A stretch of DNA of 64,000 bases, taken from Rikenellaceae bacterium (GTDB lineage Bacteria; Bacteroidota; Bacteroidia; Bacteroidales; Rikenellaceae). How positions within the stretch are numbered: the stretch's first letter is position 1; each line of letters opens with the position of its first letter. The notes under the pieces were generated by a model. That model worked only from the letters and a program-made list of their open reading frames with translations, had not been told where the DNA came from and ran no database searches. The translations under genes were made by a program, and so were the position numbers. The stretch spans positions 17,913 through 81,912 of the forward strand of contig JAGBHC010000027.1 in assembly GCA_017935625.1 (NCBI GenBank), in the 5' to 3' direction. Positions 55,458-63,757 of the stretch are shown in pieces.

Positions 55458-57650
55458 ATGACAAACAAAATCAAACTCATCGCTCTTTCGCTGCTCCTGT
55501 TGCCCGTCACGATGCTGGCATCGGCTCAGCGCAAAACGGTCGCTCCGACCGTCAAGTCGCCGACCTCGTTCGTCATCGTCATCGACGAACAGAGCTACGC
55601 CAAACTTCCCGCACAGGTGGAGGCCTACCGCCGCGCCATCGAAAACGACGGCCTGGCCGCCTGGATTGTGGCCGACCGCTGGCAGTCGCCCGAACAGGTC
55701 AAGTCGCTGCTCGTGAAGATGGCCTCGGACAAGAAGATGCCCATCGAGGGTGCCGTGTTCGTGGGCGACATTCCCATCGCCATGCTGCGCGACGCCCAGC
55801 ACCTCTCGTCGGCCTTCAAGATGGACCAGAACCGCGACTGGAAAGAGTCGTCGATTCCCTCCGACCGCTTCTACGACGATTTCGACCTCACCTTCGATTT
55901 CATCCGTCAGGACGAGGAGAAGCCCGAATTCTTCTACTACTCGCTGCGCAGCGACTCGCCCCAGTACGTCAATCAGGATATCTACACCGGCCGCATCCGC
56001 CCCTTCGGCGAGGACAAATACGCCCAGCTGGCCAAATACCTCGACAAAGTGGTGGCGGCGCACGCCGAAGCCAATCCGCTGGACAACCTGCTGGTGTTCC
56101 GCGGACACGGCTATAACTCCGAGGCCAAAGAGGCCTGGTCGGGCGAGCAGATATCGCTGCGCGAACAGCTGCCCACACTCTTCACCACGGGCAATACCGT
56201 GCGTTTCTACGACTTCGAGACCCGCTTCCCGATGAAGCCCTACCTGCTGGAGCACCTCCGCAATCCGGAGCTCGACGTGGCCCTCTGCCACCATCACGGC
56301 TCGGAAGAGATGCAATATCTCAACGGATACCAGACCGTGTCGGGAGCCCAGGCCAGCGCCGAAAACATCAAGCGTTTCCTGCGCAGCAAGGTGGTCGGCT
56401 CGAAAGACCCCGAAGGCAACCTGAAGAAATACATGGAGTACATGGACGTGCCCGCCTCGTGGATAGACACCTCCGACTCGATGCGGCTGGCGGACGAAGC
56501 CTACAACAGGTCGCTGGACATCTATGCCGAGGATATCTACGCAGCGGCTCCCAACGTGCGGTTCATCATGTTCGACGCCTGCTACAACGGCTCGTTCCAC
56601 GTGGGCAACTGCATCTCCAACGCCTATCTGTTCAGCGACGGCAAGACCGTCGTAACCCAGGGCAACACCGTGAACAGCCTCCAGGACAAGCATCCCGACG
56701 CCTTCGTGGGACTGCTGGCCAGCGGACTGCGCATCGGCCAGTGGGGACGCCACGCCCAGCAGTTCATCGAATCGCACATCGTGGGCGACCCCACCTACCG
56801 CTTCGCCAACACCGCCACCCCCGCCCTGGACATCAACCGCGCCATCGCCGTGGAGGGCAAGAACGACAAATTCTGGCTCGAGGCCCTCTCCTTCGACTCG
56901 GCCGACTGGCAGGCCATGGCCGTGCGCAAACTCGCCACGAACAACTACCCCGGCATCGAACGGCTGCTGATGGACACCTATCTTTCGTCGCCCTACGGCG
57001 GCGTGCGTCTGGAGTGCGTGAAGATGCTCGCCCGCAAGGACTCGCCCCTGTTCCTCGAAATGCTGGCACTGGGCATGAACGACAGCTACGAGCTGGTGCG
57101 CCGTCTCTGCACCGAGTACATCGGCATGTGCGGCAACGACGAACTGCTCCCCGTGCTGGTCAAAGCCCTCATCGAGGACAACCTCTCCAACCGCGTCAAT
57201 TACCACGCACGCAGCAACCTCACCTTCTTCTCTCCCGACAAGGCCCGCGCCGAGGTGGAGAAGCAGCTTGCGGCGCACACCCAGCTGATGAATCCCGATG
57301 CCGACGCGAAAAGCCTCTGCGGGGTCATCGAGAGCGGTGACAACCGCGTGAAGGGCAACATGGAAGAGCTCCTGGGCAGCGAATTACCCCCCCGCGAACG
57401 CAAATTCGCCCTCACCACCCTGCGCAACTACCACTACCACTACATCGTGCCGGAGGTGATACGCTTCGCCGAGGACACCACCCAGCCGCTCGACCTGCGC
57501 GTGACCGCCGTCGAGGCACTGGGATGGTTCCACTCCTCCTACCAGAAAGAGGCTATCAACGCCATGTGCGACCGTCTCGTGGCTTCGGGAGCACCCGAAG
57601 CGCTCGTCGCCGAGGCCCGCAAGACCCGTTCGAGACTCAAGCCCTTCTAA
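55458..57650 (+). CDS. Secreted gingipain-fold/HEAT-like repeat protein, paralogue 3 of 3
   Basis: 730 aa with signal ...MLASAQ. FVGDIPI, PSDRFYDDFD, IYTGRI, VFRGHGYNSE, CHHHG, IMFDACYNGSF and IVGDPTYRF. C-terminal repeats (LDLRVTAVEALGWF...). Confidence 0.65.
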   Translation: MTNKIKLIALSLLLLPVTMLASAQRKTVAPTVKSPTSFVIVIDEQSYAKLPAQVEAYRRAIENDGLAAWIVADRWQSPEQVKSLLVKMASDKKMPIEGAVFVGDIPIAMLRDAQHLSSAFKMDQNRDWKESSIPSDRFYDDFDLTFDFIRQDEEKPEFFYYSLRSDSPQYVNQDIYTGRIRPFGEDKYAQLAKYLDKVVAAHAEANPLDNLLVFRGHGYNSEAKEAWSGEQISLREQLPTLFTTGNTVRFYDFETRFPMKPYLLEHLRNPELDVALCHHHGSEEMQYLNGYQTVSGAQASAENIKRFLRSKVVGSKDPEGNLKKYMEYMDVPASWIDTSDSMRLADEAYNRSLDIYAEDIYAAAPNVRFIMFDACYNGSFHVGNCISNAYLFSDGKTVVTQGNTVNSLQDKHPDAFVGLLASGLRIGQWGRHAQQFIESHIVGDPTYRFANTATPALDINRAIAVEGKNDKFWLEALSFDSADWQAMAVRKLATNNYPGIERLLMDTYLSSPYGGVRLECVKMLARKDSPLFLEMLALGMNDSYELVRRLCTEYIGMCGNDELLPVLVKALIEDNLSNRVNYHARSNLTFFSPDKARAEVEKQLAAHTQLMNPDADAKSLCGVIESGDNRVKGNMEELLGSELPPRERKFALTTLRNYHYHYIVPEVIRFAEDTTQPLDLRVTAVEALGWFHSSYQKEAINAMCDRLVASGAPEALVAEARKTRSRLKPF

Positions 57651-57679
57651 TCTCCGAAACGGATTTTCCGACCCTCAAT

Positions 57680-57714
57680 CCCCTGCCGAACTTCCATTCG
57701 GCAGGGGATTTTTT
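57680..57714 (+). terminator. Rho-independent terminator closing the six-gene locus
   Basis: cccctgccgaa / ttcggcagggg stem followed by attttttac. Confidence 0.8.
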
Positions 57715-57719
57715 ACGGG

Positions 57720-58035
57720 GAAAAGAATAGGGCCGCACCCCCGCCGAGAGAAAGCAGCCCCCGAGAGAATGAAGACCGCAGCTCCCGTCAGGAAAGAACA
57801 GGCTGCACCATGAAAAGGGTAAAGAGCTGCGCCCCTGCTCCCCCAAAAACCACCTACCCCTCAAAAGGCTACCCTCCAAGAGAAAGGCCACGACTACTGC
57901 CAAGAAAAGAGCTGCCCCAAAGAATGGTAAGGGCACGACTCCTGTCGAGAAAAGAGCTCCTCCATGAAAATGGCCACAGTTTCTGTCGAGAAAAGAGTAA
58001 GCAGAAACGAGTAAGCCGCCCCTGCAAAAAAGAGA
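57720..58035. repeat. T-poor A/G/C low-complexity intergenic tract
   Basis: Reiterated gagaaag / aaaagagct(g/c)c / aaaggc(c/t)ac motifs. Same flavour as 32870-33300. Confidence 0.7.
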
Positions 58036-58069
58036 AAAAGCCTGTCCGGAAATCCGGACAGGCTTTTTC
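58036..58069. terminator. Bidirectional terminator next to the ThrC-like gene
   Basis: aaaaagcctgtccgga / tccggacaggcttttt perfect stem with A/T runs. Confidence 0.8.
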
Positions 58070-58145
58070 ATGGTAAATCAGAAGAAGGGCTGAATCAAGG
58101 GAGACCCTAAGGGTGAATCAGAGAGAGGCTGACCCAAGGGAGCCC

Positions 58146-59438
58146 CTAAGCGAACAGCGCCTCGACCTTGCTTATCACATCGCTTTCGGAAGGAACCAGC
58201 GGGAATACGCAGCTCGGTTTGAGATACCACAGCTCCTTGCCCTCCTTGAACTTGCGTTCGCCGCCGCCGGTGATGTTGAGCATCACCACTGCCGACTTCT
58301 CGACCTTGCCCTCGCGGACAGCCTTCACCAGCGATGCGGTGGCCACGGCGGCCGCAGGATGGATGTCCACCCCCTCGGTACGCTCGAACAGCTCGGCGGC
58401 CTTGCGGGCCGCAGCGTTGGTCGCCACCAGGATGTCGCCGTCCGTATCCTTCAGGGCATCGTAGAGTCCGCCTGCCAGCCCGTAGGGCGGTTTGCGGTTG
58501 GAGAGCACCTTGGCATCCATAATCTCCACGTCGCGTCGCGCCTTGTCCTCCTCGTAGGGAAGCATCCGGCGCGAATCGGCCCGCCAGGCATCGAACATCG
58601 GCACGAAAGGCGCATTCTGCGACACCATGAGCTTCATCTTGTGGCTGCCGTAACGGCCGTCGCCGATAAGACGCAGGTTGGCCTCCCAGGCGGCGATGGC
58701 TCCGGTGCCGCTGCCCACGGCCTGGAAATAGTAGTCGGGAATGCGGCCGATGGCCGTGGCCGCCGAAAGCACCGTGGTGGACATGCCGTCGCGGCGGGCG
58801 ATGTTCTTGGCGCCCCCCTCGGCATAGAACTTCGGACTCTTGAGGGCCAGGTTGCTCAGATGGATGGCATCGAAATAGTCGCCGCCATGCTGGCAGCAAA
58901 TCAGCTTCACGCACTCCTTCAGCGGCTCCTCGAACCACAGGGCGCCGATGTTGTCCTCGGGAACGCTCAGCAGCAGGGGAATGTCGTTGTCGGAACAAAC
59001 CTTGGCGAACGCACGCGCCGTGTTGCCGGCCGAAGCCACCACCAGCACGCGCTTCTCGCCCTCGCAGGTACGGGCGCACACGGTGTAGGCCTCCGTCTCC
59101 TTGAACGAGCAGGTGGTCATCGCGGCCCCGACGGCCGGATTGTACCCGTTGAAAGTGATATAGAGATTCTCCAGTCCCAGCTCCGCTGCCAGTCCGCGGC
59201 TCTTGTAGGTGACGGGAGCCGACGAACCCTGAAGCATGCGCTTGACGGGCATCCAGTCGCGGAACTTGTACAGTCCCTCGCTGTCGCTCTTGACGTTCAA
59301 CTGTTTGGAAGCATATTCGGCTCGGACCAGCGAAGGACCTTCGCACTCGCAGTCGTCGAGCGTCCAGCCCTCGTCCTGAAAACGGCGGCCGGAAGCCACG
59401 CACAACAGCGTGTACTCTGTGGGGGTAAATTGACTCAT
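58146..59438 (-). CDS. Threonine-synthase-fold PLP enzyme, possibly cysteate synthase
   Basis: 430 aa. PLP-Lys context TTCSFKETEAY and GNTARAF, with a short-ThrC-like layout. The N-terminus is unlike the long Bacteroides ThrC as I remember it. Confidence 0.55.
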   Translation of the reverse strand: MSQFTPTEYTLLCVASGRRFQDEGWTLDDCECEGPSLVRAEYASKQLNVKSDSEGLYKFRDWMPVKRMLQGSSAPVTYKSRGLAAELGLENLYITFNGYNPAVGAAMTTCSFKETEAYTVCARTCEGEKRVLVVASAGNTARAFAKVCSDNDIPLLLSVPEDNIGALWFEEPLKECVKLICCQHGGDYFDAIHLSNLALKSPKFYAEGGAKNIARRDGMSTTVLSAATAIGRIPDYYFQAVGSGTGAIAAWEANLRLIGDGRYGSHKMKLMVSQNAPFVPMFDAWRADSRRMLPYEEDKARRDVEIMDAKVLSNRKPPYGLAGGLYDALKDTDGDILVATNAAARKAAELFERTEGVDIHPAAAVATASLVKAVREGKVEKSAVVMLNITGGGERKFKEGKELWYLKPSCVFPLVPSESDVISKVEALFA

Positions 59439-59466
59439 TGCGTATTGTTCTGATTTTTAAGACCCA

Positions 59467-59474
59467 CAAAGGTA
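59467..59474 (-). promoter_or_regulatory. -7 box (TACCTTTG on the minus strand) for the ThrC-like gene
   Basis: The plus strand reads caaaggta, about 29 nt upstream of the ATG at 59438. Confidence 0.45.
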
Positions 59475-59588
59475 GCCCATTTTCACCGGGCTCACAATAG
59501 GTATTTATACGTATTAATAAGCCCCGCCCGGTAAGTCAAACAGTCGGTAAACCATCGTCATCGGGACCCTGAGCGCAGGCAAAAGGGG

Positions 59589-59830
59589 GCAAGAAGATGC
59601 CGGGAGAGCGTGTGCGAGAAGATGCAAGAGAGAAAGCTGAGAGTGCGAAGGGCTGTGTGCGAGAAGATACAAAAGAGAAAGCAGTGAGTGCGGGGGGCTG
59701 TGTGCGAGAATATGCAAAAGAGGAAGCTGAGAGTGCGAGGGGCTGTGTGCGAGAAGATGCAAAAGAGGGAGCGAGAAGATGCAGGGAGAGCGTGTGCGAG
59801 AAGATGCAAAAGAGACAAGAGAGGGCGGGG
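59589..59830. repeat. Purine-rich tandem array with a 45-47 bp period, about 5 units
   Basis: gtgtgcgagaagatgcaaaagagRaagctgagagtgcgaRgggct begins at 59610, 59655, 59700, 59745 and 59792, with a partial unit from about 59589. Confidence 0.9.
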
Positions 59831-59845
59831 CGTTTCGCCCCGCCC
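59823..59845 (-). terminator. Terminator after nspC
   Basis: gggcggggcg / cgccccgccc stem 12 nt past the nspC stop, with a T-rich run on the minus strand. Confidence 0.6.
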
Positions 59846-59856
59846 GGAACGGCGCC

Positions 59857-60987
59857 TCAGGACATCCGCCCCTTGAAATCCTCGTAACCGAACTCGCGCA
59901 CCGGCTCCAGCGTGCCTCCGCGCCTCCAGATGGCAATCGAGGGATGGGCCACCCCGTTGAACATCGTGGTCTTGACCATCGTGTAATGAATCATATCCTC
60001 GAAAACGATGCGCCGCCCCACCTCGGGTTCGCGCTCGAATATCCACTCGCCGCAGTAGTCGCCCGCCAGACAGCTGTTGCCGCCCATGCGCCAGCCCCGC
60101 TGACCCGGAGCACAGATGCGGGCGCCCACGATGGCGGGCTGGTAGGGCATCTCCAGACAGTCGGGCATGTGGCAGGCGAACGAAACGTCGAGCATCGCCG
60201 TGCGCACGCCGCCGTTCTCCACGATGTCCTCCACCCGCGACACCAGATAGCCCGTGCGCCAGGTGAAGGCGCTGCCCGGCTCCATGATGAGCCGCAGATG
60301 CGGATGGCGGGCCCTGAAACCGTTCAGCACGGCAATCAGCCGCTCGCAGTCGTACCCCTCGCGGGTCATCAGGTGGCCGCCCCCCATGTTGAGCCACCTG
60401 ACCTGCGGCAGGAACTCCCCGAAATTGCGCTCCACGGCCTCCAGGGCCAGGGCCAGGTGTTCGGGCCCCGATTCGCACAGCACGTGGAAGTGGAGCCCCT
60501 CGACCCCCTCGGGCAGCCGGTCGAGCCGGCCGGCCGGAATGCCCAGCCGGGAACCGGCCACGCAGGGATTATAGAGGTCGGTCTCCACGGGCGAGTAGCC
60601 GGGATTGATGCGCAGTCCGCACGAGATGCCGCGCAGAATGGCCTGCGGAGCGAACCGCTCGTACTGGCTCACGGAGTTGAAGGTGATGTGGCTGCTGCAA
60701 CGCATTATCTCTTCGAATCCGCCGTCGGTGTAGACCGGGGCGTAGGTGTGGGCCGGAGCCCCGTACTCCTCGGCCACCAGCCGGGCTTCGGCCACCGAAC
60801 TGGCCGTGGCGCCGTCGCTGTGACGGGCCAGCAGCGGGAATATGCTCCACATGGCACACGCCTTGAGCGCCACGATTATCTCCACCCCCGCGGCCTGCCG
60901 CACGCGGTCGATGACGGCCAGGTTGCGTTCCAGCAACTCCTCGTCGAGCACATAGCACGGCGAGGGAACTCTCTCGAAATCTATCAT
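59857..60987 (-). CDS. nspC: Carboxynorspermidine/carboxyspermidine decarboxylase
   Basis: 376 aa. MIDFERVPSPCYVLDE...ALKACAMWS... and a PLP-dependent fold-III decarboxylase layout typical of NspC. Confidence 0.85.
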   Translation of the reverse strand: MIDFERVPSPCYVLDEELLERNLAVIDRVRQAAGVEIIVALKACAMWSIFPLLARHSDGATASSVAEARLVAEEYGAPAHTYAPVYTDGGFEEIMRCSSHITFNSVSQYERFAPQAILRGISCGLRINPGYSPVETDLYNPCVAGSRLGIPAGRLDRLPEGVEGLHFHVLCESGPEHLALALEAVERNFGEFLPQVRWLNMGGGHLMTREGYDCERLIAVLNGFRARHPHLRLIMEPGSAFTWRTGYLVSRVEDIVENGGVRTAMLDVSFACHMPDCLEMPYQPAIVGARICAPGQRGWRMGGNSCLAGDYCGEWIFEREPEVGRRIVFEDMIHYTMVKTTMFNGVAHPSIAIWRRGGTLEPVREFGYEDFKGRMS

Positions 60988-61239
60988 CGGAAACTTTTTA
61001 TCTGTTTATGCTGCAAATGCGAAACTTCATCGCAGGGACCGGCCGCAACCGGTCTGCGAAGAGAGCGGCATCCGGCTCTTCGGCCGTACCGGCACGGGAG
61101 CCGAAACCGGAGAACCTGCGCCCCCTAAGACTCGGCCGCCCCCGCCGCGCGACGAAAACCGGGGCGGAAGCGCTCCGAAAAGCACCCGCCCCGTCTATTC
61201 CGTGCACCCGTTCCCCGACAAGGGAGAGCGGACGGCGGG

Positions 61240-62433
61240 TCAGTCCACCTCCAGGTCGATGTCGAAGCGCTCGACCCAGGGCAGTCCCTGCGGGCCGAGT
61301 TCGGCCAGGAACGGGTCGGGGTCGAACTGCTCCACGTTGTAGACGCCGGCACCCTTCCACAGCCCCTTGGCGAACATGGCCGCTCCCAGAGCCGCCGGAA
61401 CGCCGGTGGTGTAGCTGACGGCCTGCGTGCCGGTCTCCTTGAAGGCCGCCTCGTGGTCGCAGTTGTTGTAGATGTAGTAGGTGCGCTGCCGGCCGTCCTT
61501 CACGCCGCGGATGCGGCAGCCGATGGAGGTCTGACCGTGGTAGTTGGCTCCCAGCGACTTGGGGTCGGGCAGCACCGCCTTGAGGAACTGGATGGGGACG
61601 ATTTCCACCCCGTTGTAGACGATGGGGTCGATGCGGGCCATGCCGATGTTCTGAATCACGCGCAGGTGGGTGAGGTACTCCTGTCCGAAGGTCATCCAGA
61701 AGCGGGCGCGCTTGATGGTGGGATAGTTCTTGACCAGCGACTCGAGCTCCTCGTGGTAGATGACATAGGATTCGCGTTCGCCAATCTCGGGATAGGTCAG
61801 CGGACGGTGTATCTGGTGCGGCTCGGTCACCACCCACTCGCCGTTCTCCCAGTAGCGTCCCTTCTGGGTCACCTCGCGGATGTTGATTTCGGGATTGAAG
61901 TTGGTGGCGAAAGCCATGCCGTGGTTGCCGGCGTTGCAGTCCACGATGTCCAGGTAGTGAATCTCGTCGAAGTGGTGCTTGGCGGCATAGGCCACGAAAA
62001 TGGCGCTCACGCCCGGGTCGAAGCCGCAGCCGAGAATGGCGGTCAGCCCCTTCTCGCGGAAGCGGTCCTGATAGGCCCACTGCCAGCTGTACTCGAAATG
62101 GGCCTCGTCCTTGGGCTCGTAGTTGGCCGTGTCGAGATAGTTCACCCCGCACTCGAGACAGGCGTCCATGATGGTGAGGTCCTGATAGGGCAGCGCGACG
62201 TTGATGACGATGTCGGGACGGAACTCCCGGAACAACCTGCACAGGTCGGCCACATCGTCGGCATCCACCCGCGCGGTCTTCACCCGACCGCCGCCGATGG
62301 CCTCGGCGATGGCGTCGCACTTGCTCTTGGTGCGGCTGGCCAGCATAATATCACTAAAAACGGGATTGGCGGCCACCTTGTGCGCCACCACGGTACCGAC
62401 TCCGCCGGCTCCGATAATCACGACTCTACACAT
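61240..62433 (-). CDS. Carboxynorspermidine synthase (saccharopine dehydrogenase family)
   Basis: Internal ATG (MCRVVIIGAGGVGTVVAHK), 397 aa. A Rossmann GxGxxG motif, adjacent to nspC. Confidence 0.8.
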   Translation of the reverse strand: MCRVVIIGAGGVGTVVAHKVAANPVFSDIMLASRTKSKCDAIAEAIGGGRVKTARVDADDVADLCRLFREFRPDIVINVALPYQDLTIMDACLECGVNYLDTANYEPKDEAHFEYSWQWAYQDRFREKGLTAILGCGFDPGVSAIFVAYAAKHHFDEIHYLDIVDCNAGNHGMAFATNFNPEINIREVTQKGRYWENGEWVVTEPHQIHRPLTYPEIGERESYVIYHEELESLVKNYPTIKRARFWMTFGQEYLTHLRVIQNIGMARIDPIVYNGVEIVPIQFLKAVLPDPKSLGANYHGQTSIGCRIRGVKDGRQRTYYIYNNCDHEAAFKETGTQAVSYTTGVPAALGAAMFAKGLWKGAGVYNVEQFDPDPFLAELGPQGLPWVERFDIDLEVD

Positions 62434-62560
62434 TGTCTCTGAATGTTTATGTTTTCGTTGTTTGGATTCTCTGCCCGTGCACCCCGCCCCCGGGCAGAAA
62501 GCAGCGTGCACCGAGTTGCAAAAATAATACTTTTTCCGGTTAAAACAACCTCTGTTTCGA

Positions 62561-63511
62561 TTATTTGCCCGTCTCGTCCGCACCGCCGGCGGTGCGGGCC
62601 GCCTCTTCCGCCTCGAGCTGGGCCCGCGACTTGCTGCGCGTCACCAGCCACACGCCCGCGAAGACCAGCAGCACGGCCGCACCCTTGGTGACTCCGAAGG
62701 TATCCATGCCCAGCACCACGGTCACCGTCGAGGCCACCACCGGCTGCACGTAGTTGTACATGCTCACCAGCGTGGGCCGCAGCCTGCGCTGGCCCACCAT
62801 CACGCACAGATAGGCCACGAAAGTGGCGCCCAGCACCACGAACGAGACGCACCAGAGCGTCCGGGCCGAAAACGAGCTCCAGTCGAGGGCCGTCACGTCG
62901 CGGTAGGTGAAGGGGATGTAACACATGGAGGCATAGACGAACATCCACTTCATGACCGTCACGGGCGAATAGCGCGTCACCAGGTCGCGGAACACCGTCA
63001 GGTAGACGGCGAAACTTATCTGCGCCGTGAGGCACAGCAAGTCGCCCCACAGGTTGCCGCCCTGACCCGAAGCCGAAAGGCTGCGGCTGCCCAGGATGAG
63101 CAGCAGCGCCCCCATGGCTCCCACGAAGATGCCCAGCACCTTCGTGCCGGTTATCGGTTCGCGCAGGTAGAGGGCCGCCACAATCATGGTGACGATGGGG
63201 GTCATGGTGGTGACGATGGAGGCGTCGATGGGCGAAGTGAGCGAAAGCCCGAAGATGAAGGTGCCCTGATTGAGGACCACGCCAAACAACGCGGCGAAAA
63301 AGAGTTTTATCATATCCTCGTGACGCACCGCCTCCCGCCGGACGAAAAGCGACAGCAGCCAGAAGGCCACCGCCGCGCCCACCATGCGGAACGTCGTGAG
63401 CGACAGGGCCGTGACACCGCCTTCCATGGCGGTCTTGCCGATGGGGGCGGTCAGTCCCCAAATCACATTGGCCGACAACATGGCCAAATGTCCCTTGTAG
63501 GTCTTTTCCAT
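62561..63511 (-). CDS. EamA/DMT-family transporter
   Basis: Internal ATG (MEKTYKGHLAMLSANVIWG), about 316 aa, 10 TM segments in two EamA halves. Confidence 0.8.
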   Translation of the reverse strand: MEKTYKGHLAMLSANVIWGLTAPIGKTAMEGGVTALSLTTFRMVGAAVAFWLLSLFVRREAVRHEDMIKLFFAALFGVVLNQGTFIFGLSLTSPIDASIVTTMTPIVTMIVAALYLREPITGTKVLGIFVGAMGALLLILGSRSLSASGQGGNLWGDLLCLTAQISFAVYLTVFRDLVTRYSPVTVMKWMFVYASMCYIPFTYRDVTALDWSSFSARTLWCVSFVVLGATFVAYLCVMVGQRRLRPTLVSMYNYVQPVVASTVTVVLGMDTFGVTKGAAVLLVFAGVWLVTRSKSRAQLEAEEAARTAGGADETGK

Positions 63512-63757
63512 CGAATCCGTTTTTTTGTAAAATAGAAAATCGGTGTTCTCCGCCTCCCGCGCCCTCCGTCCGCAGACCGGCCGCAACGGATTCCCGCACC
63601 TGCGGAAGCGGAAAAACGGGCCAAAGTTACTTCTTTTTTCGTTCCGGCGTTCATTTTATATATTAGTATATCTTTTATATCTTTGCAACCTGCAACCGCG
63701 GCCCGCCCCCTGGGAGGCTGCGCAGAGAACGAAAAACACTAATCCGCGCTTTCACTC

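Noticed and set aside
53259-57278. 1339-aa minus-strand ORF, and similar giant antisense or alternate-frame ORFs (829-2706, 3614-4804, 10744-13887, 28395-30815, 39266-42232, 45178-48030, 49377-50957, 51987-53246)
   Set aside because: They lie opposite or out of frame to well-supported genes and are Arg/Gly/Ala/Val/His-rich with no recognisable motifs. Such ORFs are the expected stop-codon-poor shadows in high-GC, GC3-biased coding DNA.
57637-58071. 144-aa minus-strand ORF and 88-aa plus-strand ORF in the gap after paralogue 3
   Set aside because: Both lie in the T-poor low-complexity tract between two terminators. They have low-complexity composition and no start context.
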